Shown: in pieces, positions 52,222 through 64,000 of the stretch | How positions within the stretch are numbered: the first letter of the stretch is position 1 | How the letters are laid out: the number at the start of each line of letters is the position of its first letter | NCBI GenBank assembly: GCA_951406725.2 | Contig: OX597824.1 | Coordinates: forward strand, 43,152,001-43,216,000 | From: Octopus vulgaris | Taxonomy: Eukaryota | Direction: 5' to 3' | Length of the DNA: 64,000 nt | Made by a program: the position numbers and the translations under genes | The notes under the pieces: model-generated | Told to the model about the DNA's origin: nothing | The model's input: the letters and a program-made list of their open reading frames with translations, nothing else | Databases searched by the model: none

Positions 52222-53243
52222 ATGGCCGCTCCTCTAGCAGAGTGCACCAAGGCGGAGTAGAGATTAGTGATCTGATTTCTCTTAAGGTGCCTTAGGGGCT
52301 GAAATTCATTGCAAGTGCGTATGAGTGGATCGAGAAATTTAAAACTGAACGCAAAAGCGTGAAACATGAAGAGAAAGCTGGAACCGACCAACCTTCACTG
52401 CAGACGTGAAGATGCTATAAACTCGAGAATTGGCTCTGGCGAACACATGCGTGATCATCCAAGAAATGAGATCTATGCAAATTAGTTATGGTTCCGAATA
52501 CGAAACCATCCACATGTTTAGTTTCCGTTATGCCCTTCAGAGATGGGTGCCAAGCGAGCTTACTGAAGCGCATAAGGGCAATGGTGTGGAGATATGTCAA
52601 CGCTTTCTCAAGCGATGAATGTGAAGCTTTTCTGAAGAGAACGGTGAGAAGATATCAAACTTGGGTCCGTCTCTTTGAGCCACAATCAGCATGGATGGAA
52701 ACTCCAGAGAAAAAGAAATCCAAGACTTACCCTTCCGCAGAGAAAAATAATGTTAACCAGTTTGGGGGACCCAATACTTGAACATTATCTGGAAGAGGGG
52801 TCTATAGTCACCATTGTACGCTACAGTGAAATGTTGACCAACAAACTGAAGCTAGTAATTCGCACCAAATGCCGAGGTCTATTATCAAAGCAAATATTAT
52901 TATTGCACGACAGAGCACCTCCACATACGGCTGCCCACAGAGTTGAAACCATTGAAAAATTTGATTTCGAGTTGATGGAACATCCTGCATACATTCCAGA
53001 TCTCGCCCCTTCTGGCTATAAGTTTTTTCGAGAGCTGAAACATTCTTTAAGAGGTTGTCGACTTGTCGGCTTACTACGAATGAAGAAGCGCAGGAAGTGG
53101 AATAAGCAAGTTTGTGGTCCGCTGGAAAAACTGCTTCTAAAGCAAAGAGACCATATAAAAAATGGTGTAATTATTCAACGCTGCTTTTACTGTAATACAT
53201 TATCAAAACGTGACTGCGTATAAGTTCTTGACTTACATACGTG
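52222..53243 (+). mobile_element. Decayed mariner element with transposase pseudogene
   Basis: MAAPLAECTK start, YEWIEKFK, WVPSELT (WVPHEL), LLHDRAPPH, HPAYIPDLAPSGYKFF (YSPDLAP); many frameshifts. Confidence 0.9.
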
Positions 53244-53442
53244 CATATATATAAATATATATATATAGGTGTGTGCGTGCGTGTGTGTTTGTGTTTGTGT
53301 GTGTGTGTGAGAGAGAGAGAGAGATACATAGATATATACATATATGAACACATATATATGCATATATATATATATATGTGTGTATGTTTGTATGTCTGTA
53401 TTTATATATATATATATATATACATACACACATATATATATG

Positions 53443-53506
<64 letters not shown>

Positions 53507-53934
53507 TATACATGTACAGAATCAAATATGGAGAGAGGAGTGCATCACGCCAAAAAGAAATCATAAATAAAAAAAAAACAAATTAATGGATTATACGAGC
53601 GAATAGCCATGACGAAGATCGATCATTTTGATTTTCAAGGTTAATACAATAATCCTTTTGGTATTCACATTGAATCAAGATTGAATCTGATTTGTAAAAT
53701 CTGTGTGCTTGAGCATATATGTGCAAGTATTTCTGAAGCTTAGCAATTTTTAACGTTCTATCATTTCCCCACTTTCTTTGGGCCGGCATACATATATACA
53801 TACAAACATACATACATACATACATACATACATACATACATACATACATACATACATACATACATACATACACACATACATACATACTTACATTACATGC
53901 GTTCGTGCGTGCACATCATACACACAGACAGACG

Positions 53935-53968
<34 letters not shown>

Positions 53969-54035
53969 CTATGTGTAGAGTTTATATATATATATATATA
54001 ATATATATTATGTATATGGTTTATATATATGTATG

Positions 54036-54132
<97 letters not shown>

Positions 54133-55119
54133 GCATACATACATACGTAATTTACATGCTATATATAGAAATAGCTTCCGTTGTATCTATCTGATTCGGA
54201 GATTATTGTTTCATTTCCAAAGTATATATATATATATGTTCTTTATTTTTCAATAATTGAGAGAAGTAGTAATTTAAATTCTTTAGTTATGTTTGTGGTT
54301 CGTTTTTTTTTTTTCATATATTTAGTGAATTATTCTCTGGATTAAATGACAGACTAGATGTTCAGCTAAAAGCCACCGAAGAAGGAGATTTCTATAGAAA
54401 TAAAAAATAAAATATTAAATGAACTTCAAAATGGAAAAAGTTCTATAAGAATCCGCACAATACAGTAGTGTATCAACTATAAAAATCTATATTTTCACAT
54501 ATGAATATGAGTTAAACATTTTCTGTCATCTGTCATTATTGAAAAAATTATTAGGTAAAATTACGTATTGGTTTGTCCTGCTGAAGAGCTCAGGACGACG
54601 ATAAAATTATATTATTAACGACTACCCGAAAATTTAATAAAAGAATTATATGGAAATAATGTTTGCGCTTTTCTCTCTTTGCACTCCTTGATAAAGATTT
54701 GTCAACATAATGCAAAAAACCAAAAAAAATTAAAAGCGATTATCTCCCCTTAAGTAGTCCACAAGTCCTCCCTATAAATAGCAGTTTTCAACAAACCAAC
54801 TACATGTATAGATTTGTTTAAAATTTAAAGTTGTCTATAATTTCACAAAGTTAAGTTGATCGAAATTATGAGGGCATATAGACAGTGCAGATTATTATGT
54901 ATCTGGTTATTAATGCCAAAAGCTGGCTGAAAGAAATGGGCACATTTCGGCTATTTTAGACTTCCCCAGTGAAGTAAATTCTACTTGGTTGACCAAAACT
55001 AACAATATTCAATACAGATAAAAGTAGGAAAAAATATAAAGTGACACTCATGTGGATAACTTCTAAGAAATCTATGTCTTAGCAGTGCCTTCTTGTAACA
55101 CTGCCGGTTCTAGGTAAAC

Positions 55120-55161
<42 letters not shown>

Positions 55162-55200
55162 CTACCATTGTTGTTGTTGTTAATATTATATTGTTGAGTT

Positions 55201-55396
55201 GTTAGCAGACCGGAAAAATGTTTAGCGGCTTTTCATTCGTCTTTGCGTTTTCTGTTCAAATTCCGCTGAGATTGACTTTACTTTTCGTCCTCTCAGAGTC
55301 GATAAAATAAGTACCAGTTGAACATGGGGTTTGTGTAATGGACTTATTCTCCCTCCCGAAATTGCTGGCCTGGTGCCAAAATTTGAGATCAATATT
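55201..55396 (+). mobile_element. Degenerate SINE family 1 (tail C)
   Basis: gttcaaattccgctgagattgactt...gtcgataaaataagtaccagtt...ggcctggtgccaaaatttga. Confidence 0.75.
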
Positions 55397-55945
55397 ATTT
55401 TAAGTCAGCAACGATATACGTTCAAAAACTTAGCTCTGTGTTTTACATCCGATTCCAGATCAAATGTATTTTCATCCTTCTGGGCAGAATTTGTGGTTAG
55501 TTTTGGGGGATTTAGTAGGTTCTTCAAGAATTTTACGAAAATACATTGTAGAATTTTTAGATCGGAAAGCCACGGGAGTGAGATTAGAAGTTGGAGAAGT
55601 TGTCTTAATGTGCCTTCCTTGTGCCAACAAAGTGACATCACCACAACCATCAGCACCTCCAACATCACCAATACAACCACCAGCGCTGCCACCACCACTA
55701 ATGCCGACCGAACCAACAACAACAAGGAAAATGAGAACAAGAACAAATGAGAATGATATTTTTGAACTGGCGAATGAAGGAACAATGCAAAATATCAATA
55801 TGAAACATTTAGAGGAGTTATAGTTTTATAATGAAAGCTTCAGGAGTTAGCAAAGCAATGCATCCAAAATTAGACTTGAAGATCTTTACAGTAGATTCTG
55901 CAATGCAAGAAAGAATCATCCCATGTAGCACTTCGTATTGCTATA

Positions 55946-56060
55946 TAGTAATCCCTCCACTATCGCGGGTGTTACGCTCCAAAACCCCCGCGGTATGTGA
56001 AAATCCGCGAAGTAGAAACAGTAGTATACTGTATATTTTTAAAATTATTTTTGTAATTTA
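55946..56060 (+). mobile_element. pogo/Tigger-like DNA transposon end, interrupted by the adjacent SINE
   Basis: TA|tagtaatccctccactatcgcgggtgttacg...aaaatccgcgaagt resembles recalled Tigger-type termini. Confidence 0.55.
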
Positions 56061-56068
56061 CTCTCTAC

Positions 56069-56289
56069 TCTTTACTCTTTTACTTGTTTCAGTCATTTGA
56101 CTGCGGCCATGCCGGAGCACCGCCTTTAATCGATTAACTCGACCCCGGGACTTATTCTTTTGTAAGCCCAGTACTTATTCTACCGGTCTCTTTTGCCGAA
56201 GCGCTAAGTGACGGGGACATAAACACACCAGCATCGGTTGTCAAGCAATGCTAGGGGGACAAACACAGACACACAAACATACACGCACG

Positions 56290-56352
<63 letters not shown>

Positions 56353-56378
56353 CTATATATCTCTCTCTCTCTCTCTCT

Positions 56379-56429
<51 letters not shown>

Positions 56430-56594
56430 TACGACAGGCTTCTTTCAGTTTCCGTCTACCAAATCCACTCACAAGGCTTTGGTCCGCCCGAGGCTATAGT
56501 AGAAGACACTTGCTCAAGGTGCCACGCAGTGGGACTGAACCCGGAACCATGTGGCTGGTAAGCAAGCTACTTACCACACAGCCACTCCTGCGCC
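56069..56594 (-). mobile_element. Full-length SINE family 2 (CORE-like, internal microsatellite)
   Basis: ggcgcaggagtggctgtgtggtaag...ggttcagtccc head, ggcaccttgagcaagtg box, internal TA/GA/TG repeats, 3' end ...gaaacaagtaaaagagtaaa. Confidence 0.92.
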
Positions 56595-57042
56595 CATTTG
56601 TATATATTTATTTTATTATAAATGCAAAACAACACCATGGAGGTATCGACGTAAGCTAGGTGAACCGCGATATTGCGAGGGATTACTGTGTATAGATATA
56701 TGCATAAATTCAGCTAATCATAGATTAATGTACATACACGTATTTATGTATGTATGTTGTGTGTGCGTGTGTGTATGTGTGTGTATGTGTGCATGCGCGT
56801 GTGTTGCTTGTTGCGTGTGTACTGCTTGTTGCATGTACCTGTATGAATGTATGTATGTATGTGTGCCTGATTATTTTCCTGTGCTATTTCTTTTCCATTG
56901 CATTATATTATATTATGCTATAGCACGGAATTTGATACAATTGGATATCAAATCCAGGTTTATTAAACAAGTTGCTTTGCACCACGTTGTCTTCAGAAAT
57001 AGTTATTTCTATTTTATGTATGCGTGTGTGTTACACTCTCAC

Positions 57043-57067
57043 ACGTGCACACGCACACACACAAATA

Positions 57068-57103
<36 letters not shown>

Positions 57104-57275
57104 TGTGTGTATATATATTCTTTTATTTGTTTCAGTCATTTTACTGCGGCCGTGCTGGAGCAACGCCTTTAAAATTGTAATCGATGAGGATGGGATATAT
57201 ATAGTTTGCTCAGGCATTGCGTAAAATAATTCAGCCACTCAACCATGAGTCCACTGCACCTTATAGCAAAAACAG

Positions 57276-57369
<94 letters not shown>

Positions 57370-57489
57370 TAAGGATTGAACACGAAAAGTGGACAGTCAA
57401 CATGCTAGATATAGACGTCAAATCGCCATTCACACAAGATTATGTTCTCAGATCAACTACACAAACGTGCACACGCACACACACAAATA

Positions 57490-57525
<36 letters not shown>

Positions 57526-57840
57526 TGTATGTATGTATGTGTGTATATATATTCTTTTATTTGTTTCAGTCATTTTACTGCGGCCGTGCTGGAGCAACGC
57601 CTTTAAAATTGTAATCGATGAGGATGGGATATATATAGTTTGCTCAGGCATTGCGTAAAATAATTCAGCCACTCAACCATGAGTCCACTGCACCTTATAG
57701 CAAAAACAGCTGATATATATATATATATATATATATACCAATTAAGGACTGAACACGAAAAGTGGACAGTCAACATGCTAGATATAGACGTCAAATCGCC
57801 ATTCACCACAAAAGATTATGTTCTCAGATCAAACTCAACA
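57043..57840 (+). repeat. Direct tandem duplication, period about 422 bp
   Basis: 57043-57464 is repeated from 57465; each copy holds a family 2 tail fragment, a unique spacer, (TA)n and the start of the palindrome arm. Confidence 0.9.
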
Positions 57841-58490
57841 CAAAACCATAGCAATAAACAAGAGAAAATATACGAAATAAAATAATTACCCATGTACTAA
57901 CTTAGTTTCAGCTGTTATTTTCCGCAAGGAAAACTGCAGCCATCATCAGCATGGTCCGTTATAAATGTAATTTGCTGGACTAGATGCAAACTCGATACCG
58001 AAATATCGCGTGCATGGAGTTCAGCCTATTACATTTGAATATATCTTTCAAATGCCTTTACTTTGGCGCGTTGAAACCCGAGAAAACTAGCCTGCAGCTA
58101 ATTAACTGCTGCAATTATTAGCTGCAGGCTAGTTTTCTCGGGTTTCAACGCGCCAAAGTAAAGGCATTTGAAAGATATATTCAAATGTAATAGGCTGAAC
58201 TCCATGCACGCGATATTTCGGTATCGAGTTTGCATCTAGTCCAGCAAATTACATTTATAACGGACCATGCTGATGATGGCTGCAGTTTTCCTTGCGGAAA
58301 ATAACAGCTGAAACTAAGTTAGTACATGGGTAATTATTTTATTTCGTATATTTTTCTCTTGTTTATTGCTATGGTTTTGTGTTGAGTTTGATCTGAGAAC
58401 ATAATCTTTTGTGGTGAATGGCGATTTGACGTCTATATCTAGCATGTTGACTGTCCACTTTTCGTGTTCAGTCCTTAATTGGTATATATA
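57730..58490. repeat. Near-perfect palindrome, arms 57730-58102 and 58117-58490, 14-bp spacer
   Basis: Arms read as reverse complements apart from one homopolymer indel (A4 vs T5); spacer taactgctgcaatt. Confidence 0.95.
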
Positions 58491-59074
58491 AATATTTTAA
58501 TCTTCGGATTCTTTTTTAATATGCTAGACCACTGGACTTAATTGATAAATATCAATTTCTACCCTTAATTAATTTTATATAAATAAATATGTTCTCTAAC
58601 CGATAAATTAACTGCTGCTAATTATTAGCTGCAGGCTAGTTTTCTCGGGTTTCAACGTGCCAAAGTAAAGGCATTTGAAAGATATATTCAAATGTAATAG
58701 GCTGAACTCCATGCACGCGATATTTCGGTATCGAGTTTGCATCTAGTCCAGCAAATTACATTTATAACGGACCATGCTGATGATGGCTGCAGTTTTCCTT
58801 GCGGAAAATAACAGCTGAAACTAAGTTAGTACATGGGTAATTATTTTATTTCGTATATTTTTCTCTTGTTTATTGCTATGGTTTTGTGTTGAGTTTGATC
58901 TGAGAACATAATCTTTTGTGGTGAATGGCGATTTGACGTCTATATCTAGCATGTTGACTGTCCACTTTTCGTGTTCAGTCCTTAATTGGTATATATAAAT
59001 ATTTTAATCTTCGGATTCTTTTTTAATATGCTAGACCACTGGTCTTAATTGATAAATATCAATTTCTACCCTTA

Positions 59075-59087
<13 letters not shown>
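58101..59087 (+). repeat. Direct tandem duplication, period about 507 bp, containing the right palindrome arm
   Basis: attagctgcagg at 58117 and 58624; copies differ at cgcg/cgtg, ggact/ggtct and gcaatt/gctaatt. Confidence 0.92.
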
Positions 59088-59160
<73 letters not shown>

Positions 59161-59582
59161 TGTATGTATGTATGTATGTATGTATGTATGTATAAAGAAA
59201 GGAACGCGCACGTGCTAATGTAGTGAATATTTAAGAAATAGATGTTAAAATGTTATTTCAAACTGAAGAGCCCAGAGTATGTTGGTCATACAGAGGGTGA
59301 AAACAATTTGTATTGAAATACACATTACTAACTGATGTATTCAACGCAAAGATAAGCCTATTTCTAATATGTTCTTTGCAATGCTCGTGTATATCATTAT
59401 GGTGAGTTTATGGTGATTTTGGAGCCTTGGAGCCTTGCCTCTGATTTTGGCAAGTGGTATTATATGCCTTACTGATTCTAAATTTGCCTTATCTTGTGTC
59501 TGTAACGGTATGAACTTGCTGGCCACCTTATTATTACCTTATTAATACCATTAATAACGGCATCAATACATCTGCTTTCAAA

Positions 59583-59646
<64 letters not shown>

Positions 59647-61128
59647 CCATTAATTTAAATTAATTTTTGGCGAATCTAGGATTGAATGGCAGTGAATCAA
59701 TGGTTAATTCAATGTAACTGTCGAAAATATGGAACGAAAGTTGGTTATTTTAGTGGGTATACGGTGGGGAAAATTACCAAAAATCAAAGAAACCTACGCC
59801 CAAAGGTATCCACTCGTGAAAACTTCTTGCTTTTAGCGATTGTCCAGTGTTTTTGTTTTGGTTTTTTTTTTATGTAGATTTTGCTGCTATTTCTTAATCT
59901 ATCGGTCGCTAATTTATAATAGTATAAAATGGACGCCAGCATATTAGATGTAGCAAGCGAAGTACTTTACTATTAAGTTTCAATGCAGCAGGCGACATCG
60001 GGTATTTCCCGACAACGACGGCGACTACCACCACCACCACCACCACCGCCACATACACTTCGCCAGTCATTCATTCTTGATAGAAAGGTTAGGTGATGGA
60101 GCTGGTAGAAACTAAAGTACTCGCCTCATCTCCGCTGGCTTAATATTATTGATTCAACAATAATTAGTGACATTGTGTAGTTCATGAATTTGACGTGTAT
60201 GATCTTGTTGATGTTTACTTCCGTCGTTCGTTGGCTAAAGTTAAGAAAGTGGTGGACAGAGAAGGAGAGAGAGAGAGAGAGTGGGGAGAGCAAGAAGGAG
60301 AGAAAGAAAAAAGGTAGTGCTTCTAAGAGAGAGAGAGAGAGAGAGGAAAGGGAGAGCGTGCCCGGGTTAGTATTTATCTATGACCTAAGTGTGTGTGTGT
60401 GAGTGTATGTGTTTGTGTGTGTATATGTTTTTCTGTGTGTGTATGTGTAACCAAATGGATGTATGTGTATGTGTGCGTGAGAATGAGTATGTGCATGTAT
60501 AATTATTATAGGATCAATAGTATTATAATGCGTCTAGGCATAATTAACATTATAGATATGTGTGTGTGAGTGTGTGTGGGTGTGGGTGTGTGCGTGTCGG
60601 TGTTTGGGTAGGTGTGTCAGTCTGTATGTGTGTGTGTGTGTGCGCGCACACGCACACACTTATACTCATATATTGTTCTTTATTGTATACGTTAATGTAC
60701 ACTATACCCTTATATATATATATATATATATGTATATACATATATGTTTATAGCTACTCTCCCATGTATGTGTATATATGAATGGACATATATATATATT
60801 GTAGAATATGTATTAACATATTATAATAACGTATACACATCTGTTTCCAACATGCGTGTATGTGTGTATGTGTTTGTGTGTGTGTGTGTAGAGAGAGAGA
60901 AAGACAGAGAGACGGCTTGCCACTATGTATTGAATACATAAATGTGTTTGCAGTTTGCTTCAAGCTTTCTGAATCCACAATCAACCTTTATAGACCTACA
61001 TAGACTTACTTTCTGGATAAAATGAAATTGGCCCGTGTCACTCTCACTTTCACGGGGAGACAATGCCAGTACGATTGCAGTACGCATCACCGCGGAAATT
61101 TAAATTTTGAATTACTCCTCTTCAGTCA

Positions 61129-61359
61129 GGAGTTTAACTGGCAGAAACGTTAGCACGCCGGGCGAAATGCGTAGCCGTATTTCGTCTGCCATTACGTTCT
61201 GGGTTCAAATTCCGCCGAGGTCGACTTTGCCTTTCGTCCTTTCGGGCTCAATAAATAAAGTACCAGTTTCGGAATGGGGTCGATGTAATTGACTTAATCC
61301 CTTTGTCTGTCCTTGTTTGTCCCCTCTATGTTTAGCCCCTTGTTGGTAGTAAAGAAATA
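61129..61359 (+). mobile_element. SINE family 1 (tail A)
   Basis: Homologous to 17244-17473. Confidence 0.9.
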
Positions 61360-61631
61360 TATATTTATATGATACTGGCACTTGTTGCTCCCTATTTATT
61401 GCTTTTTATCCTTTTTTTTTTAAATTTTAAGTTGTGTTGCGACATTAATATTATTTATTTGCATCATTAATCGTTCATCACTGTATAGAAGACATTATAA
61501 AAGTAAGACTACCTGATTTAATCCGAAGTATAGCAACGTAAACCTAGAAGAGATGTCACTAAGCATTCTGTCCGACGATCTAGAGATTCTGACAGCACCC
61601 CCACTTGTGAGGTGATAGAATAATAACACAC

Positions 61632-61683
<52 letters not shown>

Positions 61684-62005
61684 ACACTAGCATTCACAGA
61701 GTCACACACGCATGCGCACGCACACCCTTATTTGTAATAATAATATAGTTAGTCAGAAGAAACAAAGGGGTTGTTCCTTAATTTATTTATATACAGGCAC
61801 AGAAAGTCTTAAAATTTTCGAAGGAAATAAAATTAATTGGCAGGAAGTGAAGCGAAAAAGAAATATTAATCTCATTATAGCTACATACATACATACATAT
61901 ACGCACACACACACACGCACATACACACCCACACGCGCGAGCACACACATACATACATACATACATACATACATACATACGCGCGCACTCACACACTCAT
62001 ATATA

Positions 62006-62151
62006 GGCACAGGCATGGTTGTATGCTAAGAAGCTAGCTTCCAATTACATGGTTCCGGGTTCAGTCTTATTCTGTCCTGTGGCACCTTGAGCAAGTGGGT
62101 CGAGCAAAGCCTTGTGAGTGGATTCGGTAGACAGAAACTGAAACTAGCCCG

Positions 62152-62215
<64 letters not shown>

Positions 62216-62446
62216 TTATGTGTGTGTGTGCATTGATGTGTGCGTATGCCTGTGTTTGTACATCCGCCATTGCTTGACAACCGATAGTGGTGTGTTTATG
62301 TTCCCGTAACTTCTCGGTTCGGCAAAAGAGAATAAGTACTAGGCTTACAACGAATAAGTCCTGGGGTCGATTTCTTCGACTAAAACTCTTTAAGGTGGTG
62401 CTCTAGCATGGCCGCAGACAAATGACAGAAACAAGTAAAAGAATAA
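62006..62446 (+). mobile_element. SINE family 2 with internal (TG)n and a small deletion in the CORE box
   Basis: Homologous to 42129-42551. Confidence 0.88.
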
Positions 62447-62824
62447 AGGAATATATATTCTGTCTAAACATTCTTATGTATGGGTATATAAATGGGAATG
62501 TATATTAGTGAACATGTGTTTATATATTGTAAGTATAACCTAATGTAATAATTTTGTGTAGAATCGATGATGCGACGACATAATAGAAATGTTCAAAGCT
62601 TCAAAATACAGTATAAAAACGCTCATCCACACACATATACGCAGACTCACAGTAAATAACACGAACATATATAGAAGATTTCATCTCTAAGTTCATTCAT
62701 ACACATACGCAAGAAGAAATAACAACACACATAACTGATCGAAAGCCAAACGGTATTTTTCGTCCAAAAAGAAGAGTAAGTTTTATGCGTCTGGCAAGAA
62801 AACGTCATTTATACAGAGGAAGGG

Positions 62825-63180
<356 letters not shown>

Positions 63181-63743
63181 ACAGCAGTACGAAAATAGTT
63201 TGATTAGTAATTTTGGCTGTTGGCCTGGTGTTGGGCGATAGGATTAATTGCAATGTTCTTCATTCTATTGTACGTAAAAAAAAAATGGCCTGTGGGTGGA
63301 AGGTTCCAGTAACGTGGGCGGTAAGTTAAAAAAAGAATTAGTAAGTGATAAATAGCAGCATAAGGAGAATTTCCTGCGTTTGAGAGTTGAAGACTGATAG
63401 ACTTTCGATAATCAACGCGCTCTGATGCCTCCCTTCCCGTTTTCATAGTCTGTTCCAGCTATATCGACTGATTATGATAATTATTTCATGCCCTGGGAAA
63501 AGATCGGAGACTCTTTTTTTTTTTTTAAAGAGGCAAAGGGTAGCGACGAGTGAATTGACTCTTGTATGATTGTGCGAATACGGAGTTCACATCGCGACGC
63601 CTAATGGCTCTGTGCTCAATCCCACCGCCTCGAGTTCATCTTGTAAATGAATTTTGCTTGTCGGAATGTGCAGGAGCACGTCTTGATCTTGTATTCATAT
63701 ATGTGCTTGTGTGTGTGTGTGTGTGTGTTTGTGCGTTTGTGTG

Positions 63744-63779
<36 letters not shown>

Positions 63780-64000
63780 TGTGTGTGTGTGTGCGTGCGT
63801 GTTTTCTAGAATTAACTTGATGCCCTGTTGTTCAAGGTCTCAGGTGAACCTATATCACGGCAAGAAATTCAAATGAGGACAGCTATATTGAACAACCTTC
63901 ACCAAAATCCAGTTGCATAAGAATGACCACTGAAAAGTTGATGACACTAGCTGTGCTCCAGTATGACCACAACCTTTGGACTGTGACAGAAAAGAATTTA

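Overview
Eukaryotic, AT-rich, microsatellite-saturated non-coding DNA. The repeat families (tRNA-derived SINEs with CORE-like boxes, abundant R4/Dong and RTE LINE debris, Tc1/mariner relics) look like a coleoid cephalopod, probably Octopus; this is inferred from recalled repeat families, not a search. No host protein-coding gene can be supported. Nearly all ORFs in the track are microsatellite read-throughs, and the recognisable proteins are decayed transposon products: Tc1 and mariner transposases, R4/Dong RT and restriction-like endonuclease, RTE, Penelope GIY-YIG, Ty3/Gypsy RT and a LINE ORF1-like CCHC protein. The most notable items are: (1) a tRNA-Arg-like SINE whose tail carries a minimal type I hammerhead ribozyme motif of the Penelope type, present as a head-to-head inverted pair at 13.1-13.6 kb; (2) an apparent ORF1-only (half-LINE) retroelement at 40.9-42.1 kb, with a diverged inverted paralogue at 50.6-51.0 kb; (3) a near-perfect 373/374-bp palindrome inside a duplication-inversion complex at 57.0-59.1 kb whose junctions fall at (TA)n tracts or microhomology, which could be real or an assembly artefact; (4) several AT-rich hairpins and Helitron/Helentron-like elements. 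A few splice-site-bounded exon candidates are reported at low confidence.
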